Positions 25,742 to 35,753 of a stretch of 64,000 nucleotides of DNA are shown one piece after another. Numbering within the stretch: position 1 is the stretch's first letter; each line of letters starts with the position of its first letter. The position numbers were made by a program, and so were the translations under genes. Location of the stretch: the NCBI RefSeq assembly GCF_056746865.1, contig NZ_CM163382.1. One strand, 5' to 3'. The notes below the pieces were generated by a model. That model was given only the letters and a program-made list of their open reading frames with translations. It searched no databases and was not told where the DNA came from.

Positions 25742-26491
25742 TCACTGATCTCCTTCGGTCAACGGAGATTGTATTTTCCGCATTGATTCTCCTTTAAGTT
25801 CGATCTTGATACTGCCATGAACCAGTCGATCTAGGATGGCATCCGCATGTGTGGAGTCTCCGATCATTTTGTACCAGTTTTCCACCGGCAACTGGCTCAC
25901 TACGATGATTGAGCCTCGTTGGTACATCAGATCCACTATTTCCAGCAGGTCGCTACGCTGTTCTGATGAGAGAGGTTCCAGCCCCCAGTCATCCAGAAGC
26001 AGCAGATCGCTATTATTCAGCCTGGTCAAAAGTTTGCTGTATCTTCCATCAGCATGCCCCTGATAGCACTGTTCCATCAGCGCTTTAAGGCGATAATAGT
26101 AGACCTTGTATCCCTGTCGGCAGGCATTATGACCAAGTGCACATGCCAGGAACGTTTTACCGCTGCCGGTGGCCCCGGTCAGTAAAATATTTTGTTTCAG
26201 GGTTAACCAGTTTCCCTGACTGAGTGAACGGATGAGGGCCCTGTCCAGCCCTCTATTGTTACGATAATCCAGCTTTGATAACTCAGCATTAAGTCTGAAC
26301 CGTGCATGTTTGATCAGACGCTCTGCCTTCCTGTTTTCACGGCAGGTTAGTTCTTCTGCTGTCAGTAATGACAGGCGTTCTTCGAAGCCCAGCTCCTGGT
26401 ATGTGCCCGGCTGAGCAAGTTGCTTTTTAAGCGCATCACGGAAGCCGGTGAGTTTAAGTGCGGTCAGTTGTTCGTAAAGATGATTCATCAT
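25742..26491 (-). CDS. istB: IS21-family helper ATPase IstB
   Basis: 249 aa; Walker A GATGSGKTFLA and Walker B LLLLDDWG. Confidence 0.8.
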   Translation of the reverse strand: MMNHLYEQLTALKLTGFRDALKKQLAQPGTYQELGFEERLSLLTAEELTCRENRKAERLIKHARFRLNAELSKLDYRNNRGLDRALIRSLSQGNWLTLKQNILLTGATGSGKTFLACALGHNACRQGYKVYYYRLKALMEQCYQGHADGRYSKLLTRLNNSDLLLLDDWGLEPLSSEQRSDLLEIVDLMYQRGSIIVVSQLPVENWYKMIGDSTHADAILDRLVHGSIKIELKGESMRKIQSPLTEGDQ

Positions 26492-26502
26492 TGGATCCCG
26501 TA

Positions 26503-28044
26503 TCAGTGGTAATACTCACTGCCGCGTACGTTTTCGTGTTCCATCGTGGATAACAGATCTGGTTTTGGATCCTGAACAGGTTGTTTATCCAGACCTTTTT
26601 CCAGGATCGATTTAATACCTGACAGACGCCATACCTTTGTTTTCAGAGCTCTTGCACATGCTGCATTAAGTCTGGCTTTACTGTATTTTTTATGAAGGTT
26701 CAGGAGTCCAAGGCAGAAGCGATAGCTTTGTTCCGGATGTGGACGAGAGTTCAGTATATGAAGCACATAACTATGAGTTTCACTGCCTATGTGCCCCGCC
26801 CATTCCAGAAGACGCTCTGGCGTCCAGGTGGCATGCTGTCGATGAGCTTCAGGCATGTGCTCGTTGCGGGTACTGTAGCCATAAGTACGCTTGCGCGGGT
26901 GCACAGCAACCTCCTGCCCCTGATTGAAGAGTCTTACCAGTTCTCCGGAGATCCATGCTTCCAGTTGCTGGCCTAACAGCGAACATGGAACCGAGTAGTA
27001 ATGTTTGTCGATTTCCACGTGGTAATCGGCATGAACTCTGACTTTCTTCACCAGGGTGTAACTGTAACTGGCTTCAGGAAGAGGCTTCAGTGCGGGTTTA
27101 TCAAGCTGGATGAAGAGTTCTGCACGTGAATAACCCAACTTCTGCATTATTTTGTTATTCAGTCTTTCCAGCAACTCCCGAATGCGCTGATTAAGCGATG
27201 CAAGGCTGTAGAAGATCTCATGCCTGATTCGGGCCATGATCCAGCGTTCAACAACCTGAACGCCAACTTCAGCTTTGGCTTTATCTTTCGGTTTACGTGG
27301 CCGCGCAGGCAAAACTGCGACATTATAATGCTCAAGCATCTGCTGGTAGGTAGGGTTAACGTCAGGATCATACTTACATGCCCTGGATGTGGCGCTTTTC
27401 AGATTGTCCGGAACAACAAGTTCAGGAACGCCACCCAACCACTGGAAGCAGCGAACATGACTCATCACCCAGTCTTCAAGCTGCTGAGACCAGGTGGCCT
27501 CTGCCCATGTGTAACTTGATGCCCCGAGAACAGCTACGATGACCTGAGCAGTTCTTATTTCTCCGGTCTCAGGGTCGGTAACGCCAACGGTAGGTCCACA
27601 GTAATCAACGAAAAGTTTTTCGCCAGCTTTATGTACCTGACGCATTGATGGTGAAGTGGTTTTGAGCCATTCACGGTACATCCGGCAGTAATGGTTATAG
27701 CTGTAAAAACCGCCTGGATTACGCTCACAGTATTCTTCCCAGAGTAGCTGCAGCGTCACGCATTTATTACGCAGTTCCCGGTGTACTGTAGCCCAGTCAG
27801 GCAGAGAGTGCTTCTTCATCTTAACCTGGGTCTGAAGGAACGCATGTTTTAGTTTTGTATCATCCCATCCTGTAGGTAAGGGCCACTGCTTTATGCCAAG
27901 TTGAGCCGCCCGATTAGCATATCTGGATACAACGGAAGGGGAGATTGCAAGACTACGACCAATTTGTCGATGGCTGAGTCCAACACCGTATTTAAGCCTA
28001 AGAATTTCTTTAAGTTTTCTCATAGAAATTGGAACTGTTGGCAT
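26503..28044 (-). CDS. istA: IS21-family transposase IstA
   Basis: 513-aa ORF with N-terminal HTH and IstA-type core. Confidence 0.8.
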   Translation of the reverse strand: MPTVPISMRKLKEILRLKYGVGLSHRQIGRSLAISPSVVSRYANRAAQLGIKQWPLPTGWDDTKLKHAFLQTQVKMKKHSLPDWATVHRELRNKCVTLQLLWEEYCERNPGGFYSYNHYCRMYREWLKTTSPSMRQVHKAGEKLFVDYCGPTVGVTDPETGEIRTAQVIVAVLGASSYTWAEATWSQQLEDWVMSHVRCFQWLGGVPELVVPDNLKSATSRACKYDPDVNPTYQQMLEHYNVAVLPARPRKPKDKAKAEVGVQVVERWIMARIRHEIFYSLASLNQRIRELLERLNNKIMQKLGYSRAELFIQLDKPALKPLPEASYSYTLVKKVRVHADYHVEIDKHYYSVPCSLLGQQLEAWISGELVRLFNQGQEVAVHPRKRTYGYSTRNEHMPEAHRQHATWTPERLLEWAGHIGSETHSYVLHILNSRPHPEQSYRFCLGLLNLHKKYSKARLNAACARALKTKVWRLSGIKSILEKGLDKQPVQDPKPDLLSTMEHENVRGSEYYH

Positions 28045-28233
28045 AGGTATCCTTTACCGGAATGGCAAAAGATACAGATCAACACACCTGTGAAGTTCCA
28101 ATAACATTGATGGAGATCACTGAATAACAAAATGAGTCAAAAGTGATCTCCATCGATGTTATTCAGCGATCTGTTCAAATGTTATCCCCCTGTGTCAGCA
28201 TAGTTGTCGCCTCAATTTTTTAAGGAGATAACA

Positions 28234-28746
28234 ATGCCAGGACAACCAATACCAAGTGAGCTCAAAGAGAAAGGACTGATATGGCTTTTACCACCATACT
28301 GCTGGTCACATCGTCAGATAGCCCGTAAGCTGAAGATCAGTGCCTCAGTTGTATCAAAATGGAGATGTGAGTTAGTGGAGCAAGGACTTTTACCTGAAAA
28401 TGAAAAGATTACCTCCGTTGATGTTGAAGACTGGACACCGGAGCGTCGATTCTCAGTTGTTCTTGAGACGGCTACGCTGTCAGAAATGGAACTTGCTGAT
28501 TATTGCCGACGCACGGGATTGTTTGTTGAACAGGTTAAAGAATGGCGGGCTATCTCAATTCAGGCGCATGAAAAGAAATTGACGGAAAATATCCGAACAG
28601 ACAGGGCATTGCGTGACGCAAAAAATAAGTTACGAGAACTGGAGAAAGAGCTTAAGCGCAAAGATAAAGCTCTGGCGGAAGCAGCTGCCCTGCTTATATT
28701 AAGGGAAAAGTTCAATGCCCTCTGGGACAACAGCGAGGAAGACTGA
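28234..28746 (+). CDS. IS3-family OrfA (copy B)
   Basis: ATG at 28234 preceded by AAGGAG; the track ORF 28204-28746 begins at an upstream TTG. Confidence 0.7.
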   Translation: MPGQPIPSELKEKGLIWLLPPYCWSHRQIARKLKISASVVSKWRCELVEQGLLPENEKITSVDVEDWTPERRFSVVLETATLSEMELADYCRRTGLFVEQVKEWRAISIQAHEKKLTENIRTDRALRDAKNKLRELEKELKRKDKALAEAAALLILREKFNALWDNSEED

Positions 28747-28949
28747 CCCCTCTCCTGGAGCGGCGTAAAATTATTTCTCTTATCCACGAGGCCGTTATCA
28801 ACGGCGCCCGGAAAAGTCAGGCTTGTAGGTGTATCGGTATTTCTGTTCGGACACTTCAGCGCTGGACTAATGGCAAAGTCATCACCACGGACCGAAGATC
28901 CGATACTGTAAACAGATCTCCCCGAAATAAGCTGTCAGAAGCGGAAAGA

Positions 28950-29771
28950 TTGCGGATACTGGAGTTGTGCAACTCTCCAGAGTTTGCATCCTTACCTCCA
29001 AATGTGATCGTACCAACTCTGGCAGACAGGGGTATTTATATTGCTTCTGAATCAAGCTTTTATCGTGTACTGAAATCAGCCAACCAGTTGAAGAAACGAT
29101 CCCGTGAATGTCAGTATAAACGGCCTGATGTACTCAGGGCCGTTGCACCGAATCAAGTCTGGAGTTGGGATATCAGCTATTTGCCGTCCGGGGTCAGAGG
29201 TCAGCATTTTTACCTCTATATGATCGTCGATATTTACAGTCGCAAGATTATTGCTGCAGAGGTATTTGCCAGCGAATCTGGAAAACATGCAGCAGAACTA
29301 CTCCAGCGGGCAATATGGAATGAAAAATGTTCATCCAGCAATCTGGTACTCCATTCTGATAATGGTGCTCCCATGCGCAGTTACACGTTGTTGGCGAAAA
29401 TGTATGCGCTTGGTGTGCTAAGTTCTTATTCCCGGCCAAGAGTCAGCAATGATAATCCTTACTCAGAATCTTTGTTCCGGACTCTCAAATATTGTCCCTG
29501 GTGGCCTGAGAACGGTTTTCGCACTATTAATGATGCCAGAATATGGGTAAACCGTTTTGTAAACTGGTACAACTTTGAACATAAGCACAGCGGGATCAAA
29601 TACGTCACGCCAGCCGAGCGTCATCAAGGTAATGATATGAAAATACTGGCGGCCAGAAAAGCAGTATACCAGCTGGCACGCGAACAGCATCCTGAACGTT
29701 GGGGAAAGCATCTACGTAACTGGGACTACATATCAGAAGTCTACCTGAATCCAGAAAAAGAGGCTGCATAA
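28950..29771 (+). CDS. IS3-family transposase OrfB (copy B)
   Basis: 273 aa, identical to copy A. Confidence 0.75.
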   Translation: MRILELCNSPEFASLPPNVIVPTLADRGIYIASESSFYRVLKSANQLKKRSRECQYKRPDVLRAVAPNQVWSWDISYLPSGVRGQHFYLYMIVDIYSRKIIAAEVFASESGKHAAELLQRAIWNEKCSSSNLVLHSDNGAPMRSYTLLAKMYALGVLSSYSRPRVSNDNPYSESLFRTLKYCPWWPENGFRTINDARIWVNRFVNWYNFEHKHSGIKYVTPAERHQGNDMKILAARKAVYQLAREQHPERWGKHLRNWDYISEVYLNPEKEAA

Positions 29772-29836
29772 CGTAATTTTATTACAAAAGGCGACAACTA
29801 CCTTGAAAAACGCCGTTATTGAGTGATCTCCTTTCA

Positions 29837-30415
29837 TGAAAATACGCATACGCCGCGCAGTACCCGCTCTCTGAAGCGCAGATACCTCCCCTTATCAATG
29901 AGATGTCCCATATGGAGGTAAACCGGTTTACCGTCCAGCATTTCTTTTTCAAATTCGAACAGGTTTGATATGACCTGTCTGATGACATCTTCTGTAACCC
30001 AGTTAAGGAAAACTTTCCCTGCCCGTGGCGTTTTTTTACCGGTTCTTCCTCCCAGACGAACCTGCCAGAACTCCTGCGGCTGACGCTGCCAGGCAAGGGT
30101 GGGACATGCCAGAACACATTCTCCGCATCCGATACAGAGCGACTCTTCCTTTGTGGCTTTGCCGTTCTTTAATGACAGGCACCCCACGGCGTGGTGCGCA
30201 CAGGCTTTCACACAGGCGCCACATCCGATGCAACGTTCTGCCGTAAAACGCATTCTGGCCACACCAATAATGCCAAAGTCTGACATGGAGGCTTTGGCAC
30301 AGTCATTCGGACACCCGGCAATGACGGTTTTCAGGTGATAGGCGCTGGGATAAATCAGCTTTTCCAGCCGCCGGGATAAACCTGTGGTGTCGGTATTGGC
30401 TTTCTGGCAAATCCG
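29837..30415 (-). pseudogene. asrC: Anaerobic sulfite reductase subunit C remnant (asrC), 5' part deleted, 3' end cut by IS3-family insertion
   Basis: ...[21 protein letters not shown]...CPNDCAKASMSDFGIIGVARMRF...CIGCGACVKAC...CIGCGECVLACP; the stop codon is the TGA formed by the IS terminus. Confidence 0.55.
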
Positions 30416-31035
30416 GTTACTATCGCCTGCATGGTGCTGATATCTTCAAATGTCAGTGCTGCCAGATGGTCAGTGACCCGCCCGGTACGGTAACGTTCAT
30501 CCGCCTCGCCTTCATCCAGGGTCAGAATGAGATTGTGGTGCCGGTGCCAGTTCGCCATCTCCTGCCTGTACAGCACACATTCCCGGTTTCTGTAACCAAA
30601 AATTATGTCAAGCTGGTTGATTTCCTGCGGGTTTTCGACGAAATAGCGCATTAACCCTTTGACTGGCGCAACGCCAGTACCGCCGGCAATGACCACCAGA
30701 GATTTGTGGCGGAAGGCATCAACAGGATAGCCGTTACCATAACAGCCACGAAGCCATACCCTGTCGCCTTCACGGAGGGTAAAAAGCGCGCCGGTCACTT
30801 TGCCGACATTGCGGATAAGCAGGTCTGCCCAGCCCTCTCCGCAGTCAGAAACAGAAATGGGCGCCTCCCCGACACATGGCAGGGAGACTTCGACAAACTG
30901 TCCCCAGCGAGCCGGAAAATCGATTTCCACACGGAAATTCCACTCCTGTGGTGTATGACGGGTGATGGAAATAATGCGGTATGCAGCAGGCAAAAGGCTG
31001 TGCTTTTCTTTATCGTGACAGGAACACGTTGACAC
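30355..31035 (-). pseudogene. asrB: Anaerobic sulfite reductase subunit B remnant (asrB), C-terminal Fe-S region lost
   Basis: [32 protein letters not shown]... flavoprotein domain; after ...MQAIV the frame leaves AsrB and the asrC frame begins, consistent with a deletion joining asrB to mid-asrC. Confidence 0.55.
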
Positions 31036-31038
31036 AGG

Positions 31039-31922
31039 TTATGCCTCCCCGGAGAGTGCCTGCCGGACAGCGGCAGTCATTTTATTGATAATACGTGAGA
31101 ATTTAATGTACTGAGGACAACGGTCATCGCAGCGTCCGCAGCCCACGCACATATGCTCAGTACCATTGCGGGCTTTGTAATCATTGACTTTATGAAGTGC
31201 ACGGTAACGTAAACGTTCTCCCGCAGACTGGCGAAAACGGTGTCCGCCGGCCATATCGCTGAAACCCGGTACCATACAGCTGGCCCACTGGCGACGGCGT
31301 TCACCGCGCTGAGGATTTTCGTCATAAGCCACATCAAAAACGCTGTAGCAGGTACAGGTCGGACACCCGGTTGTGCAGCGCCCGCAACCAATACAGCGAC
31401 TGTTGTACTCATCCCAGAGCGGATGATTGATAATAATGTCGCGAACTTTTTGGGGGGACTGACAGATTTTTTCAGGGAGGGTAACCTGCTCCAGGTTTTC
31501 GCTGACGAAGACAGGCTCATATTCCGTGCTCTGTCCCATTCCCTGTAAGGCTTCTTCAAAAAAAGCATCCCTGATAAAAACACTGGCACCGTCATCACTG
31601 AAACGCATTGCCGCGCTGTAATTATCGGTTTTATTGCTCCCCATGGAGACACAGAAGCAGTTTTCAAAACTTTGCGGACACTCAATCAGCACAAAGCGAA
31701 TATGGTCGCGCAGTCGCTGATAACTGTAATCAGAATTATTCCCGTTTGATAAATACATATAATCCAGCCGCGACATGGCATTAATGTCACAGGCGCGGGC
31801 AAATATCAGTACTGGTGTGGTATCCGTCTCCGCAATCTGGATAGTGTCTTTATTAAAATAAAAGAGCGTCTCTGTTATTGGTGAAATAACCGTACTAGGT
31901 GACATGTGGGATTTCTCCTGCC
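31039..31922 (-). pseudogene. asrA: Anaerobic sulfite reductase subunit A (asrA), 5' end cut by IS2
   Basis: Two 4Fe-4S ferredoxin motifs ([26 protein letters not shown]); the N-terminal extension of ORF 31039-31959 is IS2 terminus read-through. Confidence 0.6.
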
Positions 31923-31933
31923 TGGATTTGCCC

Positions 31934-32839
31934 CTATATTTCCAGACATCTGTTATCACTTAACCCATTACTGGTCCGCTGCCGCAGATATTCCCGTGGC
32001 GAGCGATAACCCAGCGCACTATGCGGATGCCATTCGTTATAATGCTCGAACGCCTCTGCAAGGTTCTTTGCTGCCGTTAACCCGTCTGGTTTGGGCATGA
32101 TACTGATGTAGTCACGCTTTATCGTTTTCACGAAGCTCTCTGCTATTCCGTTACTCTCCGGACTCCGCACCGCCGTGTTCTTCGGTTCAAGTCCCAACAT
32201 CCGGGCGAACTGGCGTGTTTCATTAGCCCGGTAGCATGAACCATTATCCGTCAGCCACTCCACTGGAGACGACGGAAGATCGTTGCCGAAGCGGCGTTCC
32301 ACCGCTCCTGGCATGACGTCCTGTACTGTTTCACTGTTGAAGCCGCCGGTAGTGACCGCCCAGTGCAGTGCCTCACGATCACAGCAGTCCAGCGCGAACG
32401 TGACACGCAGTCTCTCTCCGTTATCACAGCAGAACTCGAACCCGTCAGAGCACCATCGCTGATTGCTTTCTTTCACGGCCACTCTGCCAGTATGTGCCCG
32501 TTTCGATGGCGGTACAGCGGTTTTTCGCTCAAGCAACAGCGCATTCTGGCGCATGATCCGGTAAACACGTTTGGCATTGATCGCAGGCATACCATCAAGT
32601 TCGGCCTGTCTGCGAAGCAGCGCCCATACCCGACGATAACCATACGTGGGCAGCTCTCCGATAACATGGTGTATACGGAGAAGCACATCCGTATCATCTG
32701 AGTGACGGCTGCGGCGACCATCTTTCCAGTCATCGGTTCGTCTGAGAATTACGTGCAACTGCGCACGCGACACCCGGAGACAACGGCTGACTAAGCTTAC
32801 TCCCCATCCCCGGGCAATAAGGGCGCGTGCGCTATCCAC
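31934..32839 (-). CDS. insD: IS2 OrfB (InsD)
   Basis: 301 aa [30 protein letters not shown]... Confidence 0.85.
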
Positions 32840-33207
32840 TTTTTTGCACGCCCGTATTCAACGGCTTCTTTAAGGAGTTCATTTTCCATCGTTTTTTTGC
32901 CGAGCAGGCGCTGGAGTTCTTTAATCTGCTTCATGGCAGCAGCAAGTTCAGAGGCAGGAACGACCTGCTCTCCTGCGGCCACAGCAGTAAGACTTCCCTC
33001 CTGGTATTGCTTGCGCCAGAGAAATAACTGGCTGGCTGCCACACCGTGTTGCCGGGCAACAAGGGAGACCGTCATTCCCGGTTCAAAACTCTGCTGAACA
33101 ATAGCGATCTTTTCCTGTGTAGTACGCCGTCTGCGTTTCTCCGGTCCTAAGACATCAATCATCTGCTCTCCAATGACTAGTCTAAAAACTAGTATTAAGA
33201 CTATCAC
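32797..33207 (-). CDS. insC: IS2 OrfA (InsC)
   Basis: 136 aa [47 protein letters not shown]... Confidence 0.85.
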
Positions 33208-33413
33208 TTATTTAAGTGATATTGGTTGTCTGGAGATTCATGGGGCCAGTCTAGCAGATTATGGTGCGCAGTTATACAACAGCAGTAATGAGGAGTCTAC
33301 TATTTCTCTTGTTATGCCAGATGCAATTGAATGGAACGGAAAGAATACGCCAAGACGGCAATACATGATAAAATATATTGCCGTATTTAAATATTAAAAT
33401 TTATTTTTGTAGA

Positions 33414-33821
33414 TCATCTGAATTTTCGGTGACCTTCAAGTTTTATATCGTTCATTTTATCCAGAGACTCACGTAATGATTCTATATTCCCGTCCTCAAC
33501 TTTCTTTTTTGCAATATTGATTTCATGTTGTAGTTTTTTTAACTCTTCCTTATAACTATCTACAGAAACTTTATCATTAACATCTATCTTTTCAGGAATA
33601 ATATTCATAGAAGAATCTACAGATTTATCCATCATTTCAAGAGCATTTAATAGTGATGATTTATCATTGGAAGATTGTAGAATACTCATACTTTTGGCAA
33701 GAGACTGCATGTTTTTATCCAGGCCGGAAGCCAAAGATACGTTGCTGAGAGATAAAAAAATAGCTAGTACAGCACCTGAGAAAAATACCTTTTGTTTTTT
33801 CATTAATATATTCCTGTTCAA
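33414..33821 (-). CDS. Secreted cytochrome b562-like protein (divergent, AT-rich)
   Basis: Signal peptide, then GLDKNMQSL... and C-terminal ...LEGHRKFR paralleling CybC ADLEDNMETL... and ...NAYHQKYR; both candidate haem ligands (Met, His) are present. Confidence 0.45.
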   Translation of the reverse strand: MNRNILMKKQKVFFSGAVLAIFLSLSNVSLASGLDKNMQSLAKSMSILQSSNDKSSLLNALEMMDKSVDSSMNIIPEKIDVNDKVSVDSYKEELKKLQHEINIAKKKVEDGNIESLRESLDKMNDIKLEGHRKFR

Positions 33822-34219
33822 AGTTGATTATAGTTATGTCAATTTAAGTTTATTATTATGATTTTTTATTTTTGTACTATGAATCTCCTGTATGCTTATA
33901 TGTGCAGAAAATCTCATTTTATCAAGAAGAATATCAAATTTTCTCCGATACTTCTACATACTCCATCATTCATGCTCCTTTTATCCGTGCACCGTAAAAC
34001 CCCGTCCTTCAGCGGGGGATATAAGGCGCTGTTTTCCACCTAACCAGGTGTCTGCTGCTATTCAATGTATTGGCGGATGACGGATGCCGCCCGTTGAAGC
34101 AGGACCCCTCGTCCTTAGGGCGTGGAGGATGTCAAAATGAAAACTTGTGGTATGAATCAATCCATTCATCATCCTTTCGGATCATTGCATTCAGTATAAC
34201 GCTGGGTAATGACTCCAAC

Positions 34220-34723
34220 TTATTGATAGTGTTTTATGTTCAGATAATGCCCGATGACTTTGTCATGCAGCTCCACCGATTTTGAGAACGACAGCGACTT
34301 CCGTCCCAGCCGTGCCAGGTGCTGCCTCAGATTCAGGTTATGCCGCTCAATTCGCTGCGTATATCGCTTGCTGATTACGTGCAGCTTTCCCTTCAGGCGG
34401 GATTCATACAGCGGCCAGCCATCCGTCATCCATATCACCACGTCAAAGGGTGACAGCAGGCTCATAAGACGCCCCAGCGTCGCCATAGTGCGTTCACCGA
34501 ATACGTGCGCAACAACCGTCTTCCGGAGACTGTCATACGCGTAAAACAGCCAGCGCTGGCGCGATTTAGCCCCGACATAGCCCCACTGTTCGTCCATTTC
34601 CTCGCAGACGATGACGTCACTGCCCGGCTGTATGCGCGAGGTTACCGACTGCGGCCTGAGTTTTTTAAGTGACGTAAAATCGTGTTGAGGCCAACGCCCA
34701 TAATGCGTGCACTGGCACGACAT
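34220..34723 (-). CDS. insB: IS1 InsB
   Basis: 167-aa ORF; expressed as an InsAB fusion by frameshifting. Confidence 0.85.
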   Translation of the reverse strand: MSCQCTHYGRWPQHDFTSLKKLRPQSVTSRIQPGSDVIVCEEMDEQWGYVGAKSRQRWLFYAYDSLRKTVVAHVFGERTMATLGRLMSLLSPFDVVIWMTDGWPLYESRLKGKLHVISKRYTQRIERHNLNLRQHLARLGRKSLSFSKSVELHDKVIGHYLNIKHYQ

Positions 34724-34917
34724 CCGACGCCATTCATGGCCATATCAATGATTTTCTGGTGCGTACCGGGTTGAGAGGCGGTGTAAGTGAACTGTAGTTG
34801 CCATGTTTTACGGCAATGAGAGCAGAGATAGCGCTGATGTCCGGCAGTGCTTTTGCCGTTACGCACCACGCCTTCAGGAGCGGAGCAGGAAGGACATCTG
34901 ATGGAAATGGAAGCCAC
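34642..34917 (-). CDS. insA: IS1 InsA
   Basis: 91 aa [23 protein letters not shown]... Confidence 0.9.
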   Translation of the reverse strand: MASISIRCPSCSAPEGVVRNGKSTAGHQRYLCSHCRKTWQLQFTYTASQPGTHQKIIDMAMNGVGCRASARIMGVGLNTILRHLKNSGRSR

Positions 34918-35180
34918 GCAAGCACCTTAAAATCACCATCATACACTAAATCAGTAAGTTGGCACCATTACCTGACCAAGCTTCCTCTATTGCGGCACCT
35001 GATTGCATCAATATCGAAAGTGATAAGATCCTCTCACTAGCAGGGCATGACAAGTGTAACTGCTGATTTGTTAGCCTGTTTTAAGTTTTTTAAGATCAAT
35101 TATTTCTCATTTTTTGACTTTATTGCTAGCCGTGAAAATGCAAAGCCTATAGGATACAAAAATTACAATTTGTAGGTTTT

Positions 35181-35687
35181 GTGAGTCATATGAAGGCAAC
35201 CAATATAGACCCTCAACTGCTTGAAAAAGCCACGAGTATCTTTGCTGAGTTGGGCTTACCTATTGAGCAGGCTATTAACGTCTTTTTAGCTAAATCCGTT
35301 CAAGCCAAAGGTTTTCCGTTTTCTGTTGCTCTTGAAAATGAAGTAGAGACACGGGAAGTTGCACAAACGCAACACAATATCAGCAATGCAGAGATAACCG
35401 AAGCTATCCAAGACTTGGTTGAACATGCTCTACCACTGAGTGAAATAGAAAACCTCACGCAGCTAACCTATTGTCGCAACATTTTTGGGTTGTCATTCCC
35501 CGTGCTCAAACTGGCTAAATCATCACGGCCAGAAGACATTCGCAGTGCAGCCAAAGATGCCAAAGAGCGAAACCGCTACTCCACCACTAAAGTGGCCCAG
35601 CGAGATGAAAAAACCTATGTTATTTGCACCCAATGGACCGACAGACATCGTTCTGCATTTTGCCGTTGGCAAGCCATCTTTAGCTAG
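35181..35687 (+). CDS. DinJ/RelB-like ribbon-helix-helix domain protein with uncharacterised C-terminal extension
   Basis: N-terminal about 45 aa (...IDPQLLEKATSIFAELGLPIEQAINVFLAKSVQAKGFPF) follows the DinJ pattern; remaining 120 aa unrecognised. Track start is GTG; an ATG lies at 35190. Confidence 0.5.
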   Translation: MSHMKATNIDPQLLEKATSIFAELGLPIEQAINVFLAKSVQAKGFPFSVALENEVETREVAQTQHNISNAEITEAIQDLVEHALPLSEIENLTQLTYCRNIFGLSFPVLKLAKSSRPEDIRSAAKDAKERNRYSTTKVAQRDEKTYVICTQWTDRHRSAFCRWQAIFS

Positions 35688-35753
35688 AACGCAAAATAAT
35701 AACCAAACAATACACTGATTTTTTAACGATTTAACTTCATTTAGGTAGTATCA

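Larger units (their letters stand above)
25662..28185 (-). mobile_element. IS21-family element (istA-istB) between the inverted IS3-family copies
   Basis: Identical 41-bp inverted termini containing the GATCTCCATCGATGTTATTCAG motif, with an extra internal copy near 28103; encodes intact IstA and IstB. Confidence 0.7.
28186..29836 (+). mobile_element. IS3-family element, copy B (inverted duplicate of copy A)
   Basis: Identical ORF products to copy A in opposite orientation; outer terminus ...GTTATTGAGTGATCTCCTTTCA ends at 29836. Confidence 0.75.
31923..33253 (-). mobile_element. IS2, complete (1331 bp)
   Basis: Ends TGGATTTGCCCCTA... and ...GGGGCCAGTCTA; InsC and InsD match IS2 from memory. 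Confidence 0.85.
34205..34972 (-). mobile_element. IS1, complete (768 bp)
   Basis: Ends GGTAATGACTCCAAC... and ...GGCACCATTACC; InsA and InsB present. Confidence 0.9.
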
